A program made the translations under genes and the position numbers. From IMG/VR virus record IMGVR_UViG_3300037258_000725: a stretch of 20,000 nt of DNA. One strand, 5' to 3'. Below are positions 1 to 7,821 of the stretch, one piece after another (position 1 is the stretch's first letter; each line of letters opens with the position of its first letter). The DNA comes from an uncultured virus (IMG/VR IMGVR_UViG_3300037258_000725). Lineage: Duplodnaviria > Heunggongvirae > Uroviricota > Caudoviricetes. A model generated the notes under the pieces. The model searched no databases. It was not told the origin of the DNA and worked only from the letters and a program-made list of their open reading frames with translations.

Positions 1-33
1 ACCCGGTTTCCCCCTGGTTGGCGGCCCAGGGAG

Positions 34-1242
34 TCAGGTGGTGGCGAGCTCCAGCAGGGGGCCCAGCTTGGCCAGCAGGGCCTCATGCTTGCTCCGGAGA
101 ACCTCCCTGGCCCGCCGCTCCTCCTGGAGCTCACCCCGGAGCCGCTCGACCTCAGCGGTGTCCCCGGTGCCCTGGGCCAGGAACGCGCCCAGGAGGTCAT
201 GAGCCTGGCTGGCCGCGGCCACAGTGATCCGGCCATCCTCGATGACCAGCTTGGCGGGCACATGGTGCGGGGCATGCTGGTGCGGCTGTGGCCGTGCCAG
301 GGGTGGCGGAGTGGGGGGCCGGAACATCGGGCCCGAAGGTGCAGCCTCAGCCCTGAGGGCCACAGCCGGGGCTGCGGCGGGTACTGGGGGCACGGCCGGG
401 GCCGGGGGCTCAGGGGCATCAGCCACCTGGGCAACGGCATCGGTGAGCTCACCAGCGGCCAGGGCTTCCCTGGCCTGGCGGGCACGCTCACGGCCAGCAT
501 TGGCCACGGTCCTGCGTTCGGGCGGGGAGGTCAGGGAGTGAGTGAACCTGAGGTGCTTGGAGAACCCGTTCAGGTCAATGGCCGGGTAGCCGCACTCCCC
601 GCTGGGGGTCTCCAGCGGACACAGATACTCAGCCTTCTCCAGGAACTGCTGAGGATGCTCTTTGCGCTCATGCTTGTAGCGGGAGTGCGGGTCCGCGAAC
701 GGAGGATGAGAGCAGTAGTGGCAGGGATGGATGCCTGGGGTCTCCCTGGAATCCAGGGCCTGCCTGGCCGTCAGGCCCGCTGGAGCCGACGAACGGGCGG
801 GCCTGGGTGTGGCTGCCCCTGCCGACCGGACGGCCCGCTGGTAGGTGTCTGGCCGGATGTTGCTCCACTCGGCCGGGAACCACCACTTTGCGCCAATCCC
901 GGCCGTGCCGATGTTGACCGCATTGCCGGTGGAGGTGAGCCACCCAGCCACTGAGTTGCGGAAGTACTGGGCCCCCGAGCGCTCTTTGTACTTCATCTCA
1001 ATGGCGGACTTCATGGAGCCGGTCCACACATACCCGGGCACACCGTTATGGTCTTGCCCGGTAAATTCATCCCGGCCCACAGGGGTGGTGCGCCGCCGCT
1101 CGATGAGCAGGCGCCACACCTCCCATGCCTCATACCCGAACTTGTAATCGTTGAGGCCAGGGGGCGCAGGACCATCGTTGACCGAGGTGATGGTGGCCAT
1201 TTCCCTGACTGATGCGGTCAGTGTTGCTTGTGCTGGTGACAT
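34..1242 (-). CDS. Hypothetical protein with two tandem C2H2 zinc fingers, Pro/Ala linker and C-terminal coiled coil
   Basis: 402-aa ORF with AGGGGG RBS; CHYC-x13-H-x4-H (aa 174-196) and C-x8-C-x12-H-x4-H (aa 208-235); coiled-coil-like EVERLRGELQEERRAREVLR. Confidence 0.8.
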   Translation of the reverse strand: MSPAQATLTASVREMATITSVNDGPAPPGLNDYKFGYEAWEVWRLLIERRRTTPVGRDEFTGQDHNGVPGYVWTGSMKSAIEMKYKERSGAQYFRNSVAGWLTSTGNAVNIGTAGIGAKWWFPAEWSNIRPDTYQRAVRSAGAATPRPARSSAPAGLTARQALDSRETPGIHPCHYCSHPPFADPHSRYKHERKEHPQQFLEKAEYLCPLETPSGECGYPAIDLNGFSKHLRFTHSLTSPPERRTVANAGRERARQAREALAAGELTDAVAQVADAPEPPAPAVPPVPAAAPAVALRAEAAPSGPMFRPPTPPPLARPQPHQHAPHHVPAKLVIEDGRITVAAASQAHDLLGAFLAQGTGDTAEVERLRGELQEERRAREVLRSKHEALLAKLGPLLELATT

Positions 1243-1301
1243 GCGAGACTGCCCCCTGGCGTTGAGAGTGGTGCTTATCGAGAAGGAGTGGAGCTCAGGC
1301 C

Positions 1302-1646
1302 TCAGGCCACGTTCGCTTCATAGAGCGCAACCACATCCCGGGGGATGCGGCCCCGCTCAGCCACATGGCGGCCATTCAGGGCGTGCTGGCCCGCTGGGGA
1401 CCTGATCCAGTCACGGATGCTGGCCGTCTCAGCCCTTGGGGTCCTGCGGCCGGCACCCCTCCTGGCGGTCTTCCGGGTGGCCCGGGCGACATTGGTCCAC
1501 CTCACCTGAGCGGCGGTGAACTCCTCGTCATGCTTCCCGCACAAGTCCACCTCGTACTCAGTGCCATCGATGGAGAATCGGCGGGTGAACTCTGCCTCAG
1601 TCCCATCGTCATCGCATGTTAGGAGGACATGAACCTTTTGAACCAT
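1302..1646 (-). CDS. lsr2: Lsr2 family nucleoid-associated protein / xenogeneic silencer
   Basis: MVQKVHVLLTCDDDG..FSIDGTEYEVDL N-terminal oligomerisation domain; IRDW...ERGRIP AT-hook-like C-terminus. Confidence 0.95.
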   Translation of the reverse strand: MVQKVHVLLTCDDDGTEAEFTRRFSIDGTEYEVDLCGKHDEEFTAAQVRWTNVARATRKTARRGAGRRTPRAETASIRDWIRSPAGQHALNGRHVAERGRIPRDVVALYEANVA

Positions 1647-1685
1647 GTGTGATCCCTGTGATTGCGGCTATTCAAGACGGTGCCG

Positions 1686-1713
1686 ATCCTACACTCGCAT
1701 TCCAGACCGTCAA
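1686..1713 (-). promoter_or_regulatory. Predicted housekeeping-sigma promoter for lsr2 and the C2H2 gene
   Basis: Minus strand TTGACG (1713-1708), 16-nt spacer, TAGGAT (1691-1686), in a locally AT-richer intergenic stretch 40 nt upstream of lsr2. Confidence 0.65.
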
Positions 1714-1760
1714 GCCATCTTGTAATATCCACCCTACTTGACCTGACCTGGGAGGTTGCG

Positions 1761-1979
1761 ATGGCTACTGATGACCCAATCAGGGTTGGCGGCATGGGTG
1801 AGTGCTGCGTGACTGCTATTTACTCAGCCAAACCCGGCCGTGAGAACGACATGATCACCTGCACTGCCCACGATGGCATGGGTGAGCCTGTCCTCAGGTA
1901 CCGGAATGGGGCCTGGGAACGCCTCACAGAGCGCCTGGAGAACGGCGGGACGTTACGGAGGGGCCCAGCCAGGGGCTAG
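1761..1979 (+). CDS. Small hypothetical protein (72 aa), only plus-strand gene
   Basis: GGAGG RBS at about 1751-1755 then ATG 1761 (MATDDPIRVGG...); fills an otherwise empty gap; possible metal ligands CC...C..H. Confidence 0.7.
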   Translation: MATDDPIRVGGMGECCVTAIYSAKPGRENDMITCTAHDGMGEPVLRYRNGAWERLTERLENGGTLRRGPARG

Positions 1980-2515
1980 AACGCCAGCCTGCCCTGGACC
2001 GGCTGAGGCCGTGAGCCCCTGGGCTGAGGCAGCGCCACCCCATGCTCATAGTCCTGGACCGGGATGCCAACCTTCCGGGCATAGCTGGCACAGTCCCAGG
2101 TGCCGCCCTGGTTGACCGCACCCTTCCGGTAGAAGGCATGCCCCTCTTTGATCAGGCCCCGCCGCTTGCTGACCATGGCCTTGTTGCGGTAGTTCCCCTG
2201 GGCCCGGCAGATGGTGCCACCTCGGTAGCTCCTGGGCCGTGGCCCATGGCGGCACTCAGGACGGCAGGGAGCTCCCCAGTCGGCTGGGTGCCGGTCCTGC
2301 TCAACACAGAAGCCCTGGGCTTTCCTGGACTCCACCCACTCCCGGGCGAATCGGTCAACCCCATTCTCGTTGCGGTTATCCCCATGAACTACCACAAGGC
2401 TTTGGTAGTTGGCCAGAAGGTCATCTAATACTGACCAGACATGCTCTTTCAGCCTATAGTGACGGCTACCTGTCACTAACACCCATGTTGGCTCAGGCTG
2501 AGCACTGCCGATCAC
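1976..2515 (-). CDS. SLOG superfamily protein (YspA-like/DUF2493 type) with Cys/His insertion
   Basis: VLVTGSR, VVVHGD..GVDRFAREW, HPADW, GNYRNKAMV and GGTWDCASYARKVGIPV motifs; GTG start with AGGAGG RBS. Confidence 0.85.
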   Translation of the reverse strand: MIGSAQPEPTWVLVTGSRHYRLKEHVWSVLDDLLANYQSLVVVHGDNRNENGVDRFAREWVESRKAQGFCVEQDRHPADWGAPCRPECRHGPRPRSYRGGTICRAQGNYRNKAMVSKRRGLIKEGHAFYRKGAVNQGGTWDCASYARKVGIPVQDYEHGVALPQPRGSRPQPVQGRLAF

Positions 2516-2593
2516 GTTTCCTCCTGAGTGGCCCTGTGCACTGGATAGTGCCGCCTATGGCCAGGGCTGGTCAACCACCAACGCACCATGTGG

Positions 2594-2962
2594 TCACAGG
2601 TCTTCGGCCGCGGTTGCCCAGTCAGCGGGTAGCTGGGCATCGCAGCCAGTCTTCAGGCACAGCCAGCCAACGATCTCCTCATCCCCTGACCCGTCTGACT
2701 TCCTGGCCATGATCCGCTGCACGTTCCGGTGTTTGCATGGGCCAGGGGTCTTGTGGTCCGGGGCCTGGATCACGCCCGATGCATAGAGTGCGGCCAGTGG
2801 CTGGAATCCCTGATTGGCCTGAGCCAGGGCCTTGGCCTGAGCTCGCTTGGCCAGGCCCTTGCTGATGTGCTTGGCTGACTCCCTGATGCAGCCACAGACC
2901 ACGATGATGGCCACGATGACAGCGAACAGGTTATGGCTGGCAGCGGTCAGGAGTGCATTCAT
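2594..2962 (-). CDS. Hypothetical membrane-anchored protein with C-terminal Cys/His motif
   Basis: Start reassigned to ATG 2962 (ATGA overlap with upstream stop, GAGAGGGCGG RBS); hydrophobic LFAVIVAIIVVCG segment; CKH...CLKTGC. Confidence 0.7.
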   Translation of the reverse strand: MNALLTAASHNLFAVIVAIIVVCGCIRESAKHISKGLAKRAQAKALAQANQGFQPLAALYASGVIQAPDHKTPGPCKHRNVQRIMARKSDGSGDEEIVGWLCLKTGCDAQLPADWATAAEDL

Positions 2963-3396
2963 GATCCCGCCCTCTCTGGCACTTCGGTGATGACCCACCC
3001 GTGCCGGCTCAGGATGGCAGCGATCTGGGGCCGCTCATAGGACGGGCCCTTGATGATCTTGCCGTCCTGGTTGATCACCACGCCGCCGATCATCTTGGTC
3101 ATGTTGGAGCGGTGGATCTCGCGCATGATGGCATCCACTGGCAGGCCATAACTGACCATGGTCCCGGCCAGGACGTAGATCATGTCCCCCAGCGCGTCCG
3201 CGATCTCCACCAGGTCCCCGGCCTCAATCGCGGCACCGAGCTCCTTCAGTTCGCTCAGGAACATCGCCTCCCGGAGCTCTGCGGAGGAGAAGGTGTCCGG
3301 GACCTGGAGGGTGGGGTGGTCAGGTACCTGGAGGCCAGCCCGGCCATGGAACTCCAGGAGCATTCCCCCGAGGGTGCGGGCGGTCGGCATGGTCAT
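2959..3396 (-). CDS. MazG-like (all-alpha) nucleoside triphosphate pyrophosphohydrolase, DR2231/PRA-PH-like
   Basis: ELKEL...DLVEIADALGDMIYV acidic metal-binding motif; IHRSNMTK and DGKIIKGPSYERP family motifs. Confidence 0.9.
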   Translation of the reverse strand: MTMPTARTLGGMLLEFHGRAGLQVPDHPTLQVPDTFSSAELREAMFLSELKELGAAIEAGDLVEIADALGDMIYVLAGTMVSYGLPVDAIMREIHRSNMTKMIGGVVINQDGKIIKGPSYERPQIAAILSRHGWVITEVPERAGS

Positions 3397-3881
3397 GAGT
3401 CCTCCCTGAGCAGGTCACTGGAGATCACGCGGTAGTCATAGCAGGGCCAGATGGACCCGCACCCTGCACAGACCGGATTGCCCTCCACCTCGGCCCCGGG
3501 CCGGTGGTGGGCCAGCAGGGCCTCCAGGGCCGATGCGGCACGGCGGGCATGGTGGGCCAGGACTGGCAGCATGGCGGCTGTGGCAACCCTGGCTGGGTGG
3601 TCCAGCACGGCATCACTCAAGGCCCGCAAGGCTGAGCACTGCCGTGCTGTGCCAGCAGGGTCCAGGGGGGCATCGGGCAGCAGGGGGATGCGCATGTGCC
3701 GTTTGAACGCCTCGGTGGCCACCACGGCGTCATAGATCAGGGTGTCCACTTCCCGCTGTTCAGCAGGCAGGGCTGAGTCATCCCATTCCACCAGCCAGGA
3801 GGCTTTGGGGCTGGCCAGGGTGCGGGCCCACCGGGTGAACGCGGTGCGGACCACCTTGCCGCGGTCTTCTTCGCCCATCAT
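3393..3881 (-). CDS. Hypothetical phage protein with C-terminal H..CxxC..WPC motif
   Basis: 162-aa ORF coupled by ATGA overlaps on both sides; WLVEWDD..LPAEQREVD N-domain; HHRP...CAGCGSIWPC C-domain. Confidence 0.75.
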   Translation of the reverse strand: MMGEEDRGKVVRTAFTRWARTLASPKASWLVEWDDSALPAEQREVDTLIYDAVVATEAFKRHMRIPLLPDAPLDPAGTARQCSALRALSDAVLDHPARVATAAMLPVLAHHARRAASALEALLAHHRPGAEVEGNPVCAGCGSIWPCYDYRVISSDLLREDS

Positions 3882-4171
3882 CCACCAGCCTCCTGGGCCT
3901 GCCGGGCTTTGCGCCTGCGTTCCCGCTGGATGCCATAGGCCCGCATCGAGCGGATGAATGACTCATACTTGTGCTCGGAGCCAAACAACGTCCGTGCACA
4001 AAGGCCGCAGAACAGATTCGGGCCAGACCGCCGTGGCCGGAAGCACTCACCGCAGTAGTGGGTACCCTCACTGGGCTTGTGCTTGATCCGGTCAGGGTCT
4101 GTCCGGGGTGTGCCTGGCTGACCGGGGGCCTTGCCAGCATTGCTGGCCGTGCTCATCCTCAGCCGGGGCAT
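3878..4171 (-). CDS. Small basic C2C2 zinc-finger protein
   Basis: CGEC-x10-CGLC; TGATG overlap with upstream gene; start could alternatively be the second Met (MSTASN). Confidence 0.7.
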   Translation of the reverse strand: MPRLRMSTASNAGKAPGQPGTPRTDPDRIKHKPSEGTHYCGECFRPRRSGPNLFCGLCARTLFGSEHKYESFIRSMRAYGIQRERRRKARQAQEAGG

Positions 4172-4551
4172 CAGGCAGCACCCGCCTGGGCCTGGTGGTC
4201 CCCATCGCAGTCCCCCGCCAGGTTCGGGCAGGAGCAGGGCTGGCCGGCTGGGCCAGCGGTCAGGATGTCAGTGTGCGAGAACAGGGACCCGGCCTGGATG
4301 ACCTCCGGGGCTCTCCGGACCCGGGTGACAGTGACCTTGGGGCCCCGGGCCTGGGTGATCTGCTCAACCCAGGCGTCCTGGCTGTCCCGGGTCTGGTCAA
4401 TGGCCTGCTGCCGGCCCACGCCATGGTTGGCTCCCCCGCACACGCATTTGCAGACCCGGCATGTCGCGTCATAGCACCGCTTGGTGCAGGCGATGACCTC
4501 CTCGGCCCCGGAGTCTTCGTCCTTGAGGTGGACGGCGATGAGGGTGCTCAT
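4171..4551 (-). CDS. Cys-rich hypothetical phage protein
   Basis: CTKRCYDATCRVCKCVCGGANHG motif; GAGGAG RBS and ATGA overlap. Confidence 0.8.
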   Translation of the reverse strand: MSTLIAVHLKDEDSGAEEVIACTKRCYDATCRVCKCVCGGANHGVGRQQAIDQTRDSQDAWVEQITQARGPKVTVTRVRRAPEVIQAGSLFSHTDILTAGPAGQPCSCPNLAGDCDGDHQAQAGAA

Positions 4552-4904
4552 GCCATCTCCTCAGCCTCATCGAGAACTTCCTCGATCTTGGTCTCGTCGT
4601 AACCCAGCCAGGCTGGGTCATGGTTGCGGAGGGTGCCAGGGCCCTGGTGCTCATGGGCGTGCTGGGCCACATTGTCCGGAACTGTCCGGCAGATGGCCAT
4701 GGGGTCCCAATGCGTGCTGACCAGGTGCAGGGCCAGGTCTTCCCCGGGCTGGCCCAGGTGCCACTGGACGTGGAGCACCTCCTCAGGCTTGCCACCTGAG
4801 GCCACTTCCCTGGCCAGGGCATGCGCTGAGCGGTAGGGCAGGATGGTCATGGTGAACCAGGGCTGGTCATTCAGCCTGATCAGGTACCGCTCAATCTGGC
4901 TCAC
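4548..4904 (-). CDS. Hypothetical protein
   Basis: 118-aa ORF, GTGA/ATGA coupling to both neighbours. Confidence 0.7.
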   Translation of the reverse strand: MSQIERYLIRLNDQPWFTMTILPYRSAHALAREVASGGKPEEVLHVQWHLGQPGEDLALHLVSTHWDPMAICRTVPDNVAQHAHEHQGPGTLRNHDPAWLGYDETKIEEVLDEAEEMA

Positions 4905-5209
4905 CCTGGGTCACCTTCCGGAGTGCTGAATGCCTTGACCCAGGCATCGGTGATGATCTTGACCCGGGCCCAGAGGGATTCAGGCTTGGCCTGTGGCATG
5001 GCATTCCCGAACCGCTCGATCACCCAGGCATCCCAGTAGAAGCGGTCAGGGCCCACGCTGAAAGGGTTGCGCTGGCCAAAGTAAACCTCCTGGAGTGTGC
5101 CAGTCCCCTTCAGGGCGCTGGCCCATTCCAGGGCGGCAGTAAGGGCCTCAGCCGGTGAGGTGTAGTCATCAGCCGGTGAGGTGTAGCCATCATGCTTGGT
5201 CTCAGGCAT
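4901..5209 (-). CDS. Hypothetical protein with an N-terminal 7-aa duplication
   Basis: 102-aa ORF overlapping both neighbours; GGAG RBS. Confidence 0.7.
   Translation of the reverse strand: MPETKHDGYTSPADDYTSPAEALTAALEWASALKGTGTLQEVYFGQRNPFSVGPDRFYWDAWVIERFGNAMPQAKPESLWARVKIITDAWVKAFSTPEGDPG
5148..5186. repeat. In-frame tandem duplication, 21-bp period
   Basis: TCAGCCGGTGAGGTGTAG at 5148-5165 and 5169-5186; encodes YTSPA twice (GYTSPADDYTSPAE). Confidence 0.95.
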
Positions 5210-5993
5210 TGGTGAGCTCCGTCCAGTAGTGGCCGAACGGTGCGCCCGCCCGGTAGGCGATCAGGCCGAGCAGCACGGCCAGGGAGACCGGCAGCACGGC
5301 CCAGGTCTCGAACCACTCCCCTTCGTGGAACCACAGCGGGATGAGGGGTGGCAGGTGAAAATGATGCATGTACGGGAACAGCCAGGGATCACCCTCGACG
5401 GTCATCGAGTCGCCGATGATGTGAGCGAGCATGCCGACTCCGACCGCGGGCGCGGCCAGGGCGATGTCATAGTGCTTCCACACCATGAGCGTGGCCAGGC
5501 CAGCGGCGATCAGGTCGCGCTGCCAGCCGGGGATCTGCACGAACAGGTCGGCGGGCCGGTGGTGGCCCTTCTTGAGCTCCACGCTGATGATGGCCAGGGC
5601 ACAGGACACCAGCACGGCCAGCATGAACCACAGCCAGGCCCGGCCCAGGAACACCAGCCAGGATGGGCCAGCCCAGCCCTCCCAGCAGGCCACCCCAGCC
5701 TGGGTGGCTGCCGTGAAGATGGCCACGGCCAGCAGGGAGTGGGTGAAGGTGCGGTGCGGGAAGGGCCTGAGGAGCCAGTGGAAGGCCCCGGTCAGGAAGC
5801 CCAGGGACCGGGCCACGGTGGAGCGGGGCTGGTCGATGTCAGACAATGGTCCCGCGCCGAAAGCCAGGCAGGTGCCCGTGGCCAGGATGACGCCGGTCCC
5901 GCCGATGGTGGCGTGAGTGAAGGGCAGCACCGTGGTCGCAACGGCCAGGTAGGCGGCTGCGGCATGGGTGGCGTGGGTGCGGCCTTCACACAT
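5202..5993 (-). CDS. YdjM-like membrane-bound metal-dependent hydrolase
   Basis: GRTH, LSDID, HRTFTHSLL and HIIGDSMT..G.PWLFP motifs plus multiple hydrophobic helices. Confidence 0.88.
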   Translation of the reverse strand: MCEGRTHATHAAAAYLAVATTVLPFTHATIGGTGVILATGTCLAFGAGPLSDIDQPRSTVARSLGFLTGAFHWLLRPFPHRTFTHSLLAVAIFTAATQAGVACWEGWAGPSWLVFLGRAWLWFMLAVLVSCALAIISVELKKGHHRPADLFVQIPGWQRDLIAAGLATLMVWKHYDIALAAPAVGVGMLAHIIGDSMTVEGDPWLFPYMHHFHLPPLIPLWFHEGEWFETWAVLPVSLAVLLGLIAYRAGAPFGHYWTELTNA

Positions 5994-6282
5994 CGCTGGC
6001 CTTCACCACCAGCCTGAGCTTCCCGGCAGCCATCTCCCGGCCCGCTGGTGTCAGCGAGTAGAACCGGCGCGGGCCCGGCTGGCATGCGGGCGGGTTCTCC
6101 TCCGCGCGGCCAGTGACCAGGCCCTGGCGCTCCAGCCGGGCCAGGATGATGAGTGCCCGGCCAGACCTCACCTGGGCGGCCCGGGCCAGCGGGTAGCTGG
6201 ACAGGTTGGTGGCACCAGACAGGAGTGCCAGCAAGACGCGCCGCTCGGCCCGGGATGGCTTGTGCTTCTTCCGGTTCCCCAT
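5986..6282 (-). CDS. PadR-like winged-helix transcriptional regulator
   Basis: LARLERQGLV...GPRRFYSLTPAG signature; GAGGAGG RBS. Confidence 0.85.
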   Translation of the reverse strand: MGNRKKHKPSRAERRVLLALLSGATNLSSYPLARAAQVRSGRALIILARLERQGLVTGRAEENPPACQPGPRRFYSLTPAGREMAAGKLRLVVKASDV

Positions 6283-6295
6283 GGGGAGTGCCTCC

Positions 6296-6649
6296 TCAGG
6301 CTGCCAGGTCGAGGTCGTAGGTCACGGTCATGAACCCGCCGACGCCGGGGTGCCCGGACAGGGTGCTCCGGGTGACCATGGCCCGCTGGCATCGGTTGTG
6401 CCCGAACACGGCTGGCTCAGCCTCACAGCCACAGGGACGGCCAGGCAGCGGGTGGCAGCGGGCCTTGGCGCAGTGCCAGCACTCGCGGTGCCTGACCCAG
6501 CGGGAGAAGCTGCCGAAGTCATACTCCCCCGGTGCGACCACATGCTCGTTGTAAAGCTGGCCGGGCCGGATCATGCCGTCACCTGAGCAGTAGCGGCTGC
6601 ACTCGTGCAGCTTGCGGGCCCGGTGGGTGGTGGTCCGGTAGTAGCTCAC
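6296..6649 (-). CDS. Phage zinc-binding hypothetical protein (117 aa)
   Basis: Start reassigned to GTG 6649 (GTGA overlap); ARKLHECSRYC....IRPGQLY...ECWHC pattern seen in phage Zn-finger proteins. Confidence 0.75.
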   Translation of the reverse strand: MSYYRTTTHRARKLHECSRYCSGDGMIRPGQLYNEHVVAPGEYDFGSFSRWVRHRECWHCAKARCHPLPGRPCGCEAEPAVFGHNRCQRAMVTRSTLSGHPGVGGFMTVTYDLDLAA

Positions 6650-7341
6650 TCCTGGCCACCACCATCCCGGGCGATCAGTTCCTGCTCCAGCCGGGTCAGA
6701 GTGGACTGAACGCCGCCCAGGTCCCGCTTGGCCGTGGTGGTCCAGGCCAGCAATCTGCGGGTGCCCCCCTTGGCCCACTCGCCGGGCGGGACGAACCCAC
6801 GGGACATCCAGGAGTCAAGCCGCCGCACCAGATCCGGGGGCACAGGCTCCCCAGGCCCAGTGTGAGCACGGATGCGGTCCAGCAAGGTGTTCACATCCAT
6901 GCCGATCAGGTCATTGTCCTGCCGGGACTGGTCGGGCCGGTAGGGGCGGCCGGGCAGCCGCTTGCGGGACGGGATGACACGGACGGGCACCTTCATCTGG
7001 CGCTCGTAGGGTGGGGCCATGCGGTCCAGGCCATCCAGGGTGCGCATGGGCACCCGCAGCATCTCCACCCGCATTTCCTCGGGGTGCCACGGCTCGCCGT
7101 CGATGATGTGACGTTCCCCCATGATGTACGCCACGTCACCAGGCTGGAGGTTGGCGATGGGGAGGAGTTCCCACGTCTCGGCAGGGCCCTCTCCCCCCTC
7201 CCTGAGGGCATCCCGGGCCTGGGCCAGGAGCCCGATCAGGCCCTCACTGGCTCCGGCCAGGTCCTGGTCCACCTCTGTGGGTCCATGGCCGGTGAGGGCG
7301 TTCTCCAGGTCCTGGGCCACCATGGCCTGGTGTGGGGTCAT
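6646..7341 (-). CDS. Hypothetical protein (231 aa)
   Basis: Start reassigned to ATG 7341 (ATGA overlap); LQPGD motif suggests a small beta-barrel domain. Confidence 0.7.
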   Translation of the reverse strand: MTPHQAMVAQDLENALTGHGPTEVDQDLAGASEGLIGLLAQARDALREGGEGPAETWELLPIANLQPGDVAYIMGERHIIDGEPWHPEEMRVEMLRVPMRTLDGLDRMAPPYERQMKVPVRVIPSRKRLPGRPYRPDQSRQDNDLIGMDVNTLLDRIRAHTGPGEPVPPDLVRRLDSWMSRGFVPPGEWAKGGTRRLLAWTTTAKRDLGGVQSTLTRLEQELIARDGGGQE

Positions 7342-7760
7342 GATCCGACGCCTTCTGGGTGCGGGATCTTCACGCACGTCATCAGGTCGGGGTAGTTGCT
7401 GGACAGATGCTGCCGCTCCCCATGGACCTGGCAGCGGTAGGTGGCTCCGACCTGGAGCTCATTGAACAGGTCGGAGCTATTGAACTTGCCCCGCCAGAAG
7501 TTGTCCGTGTCCTTGAACACGCCCTGGGGGGTGAAGATCAGGTACTGGTGGCCGTTGTTGCCGGTGGCCTGGTCGTCCAGCCGGGTGATGGTGATGGTCT
7601 CGCTGTAGTTGTTCATCTGCGACGTGACGAAGCTGATAAGTGGGTAGGCGATCAGGGCGATCAGGGCCAGCGCTCCCCCGATCCATGAGCCGGGGTGCAT
7701 GCTGTCGTCGCTGCGGTAGTTGCGCGGGCGCGGCATGTAGTAAGTGCCGGGTCTCGGCAT
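7338..7760 (-). CDS. Membrane-anchored/secreted phage protein (DUF1523-like)
   Basis: One TM helix (WIGGALALIALIAYPLISF) then YLIFT..GVF..TD....GKFNSSDL...L..G.TY...V.G.R...S.YP; GGAGGAG RBS. Confidence 0.75.
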   Translation of the reverse strand: MPRPGTYYMPRPRNYRSDDSMHPGSWIGGALALIALIAYPLISFVTSQMNNYSETITITRLDDQATGNNGHQYLIFTPQGVFKDTDNFWRGKFNSSDLFNELQVGATYRCQVHGERQHLSSNYPDLMTCVKIPHPEGVGS

Positions 7761-7792
7761 GTGGTCTCCTCCGGGTGCGGGTAGTCGTACTA

Positions 7793-7821
7793 ACAGTATG
7801 CCATAAGCAGTATGGCGTCAA
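7793..7821 (-). promoter_or_regulatory. Predicted promoter for the 7760->~2600 accessory operon, with operator-like repeats
   Basis: TTGACG (7821-7816), 17-nt spacer, TACTGT (7798-7793); inverted repeat GCCATA-N5-TATGGC (7800-7816) and direct repeat CAGTATG (7794, 7808). Confidence 0.75.

Noticed and set aside
12..31. CCCTGG/CCAGGG hairpin after the C2H2 gene as a terminator
   Set aside because: Short stem built from the very common CCWGG word, no U-tract on the minus strand, and at the window edge.
2545..2574. Promoter upstream of the SLOG gene (TTGACC-18-CACTAT)
   Set aside because: Good -35 but a non-consensus -10; too weak to list as a feature.
5148..5186. CRISPR-like repeat
   Set aside because: Only two copies with a 3-nt gap, in frame within a CDS; no array or cas genes.
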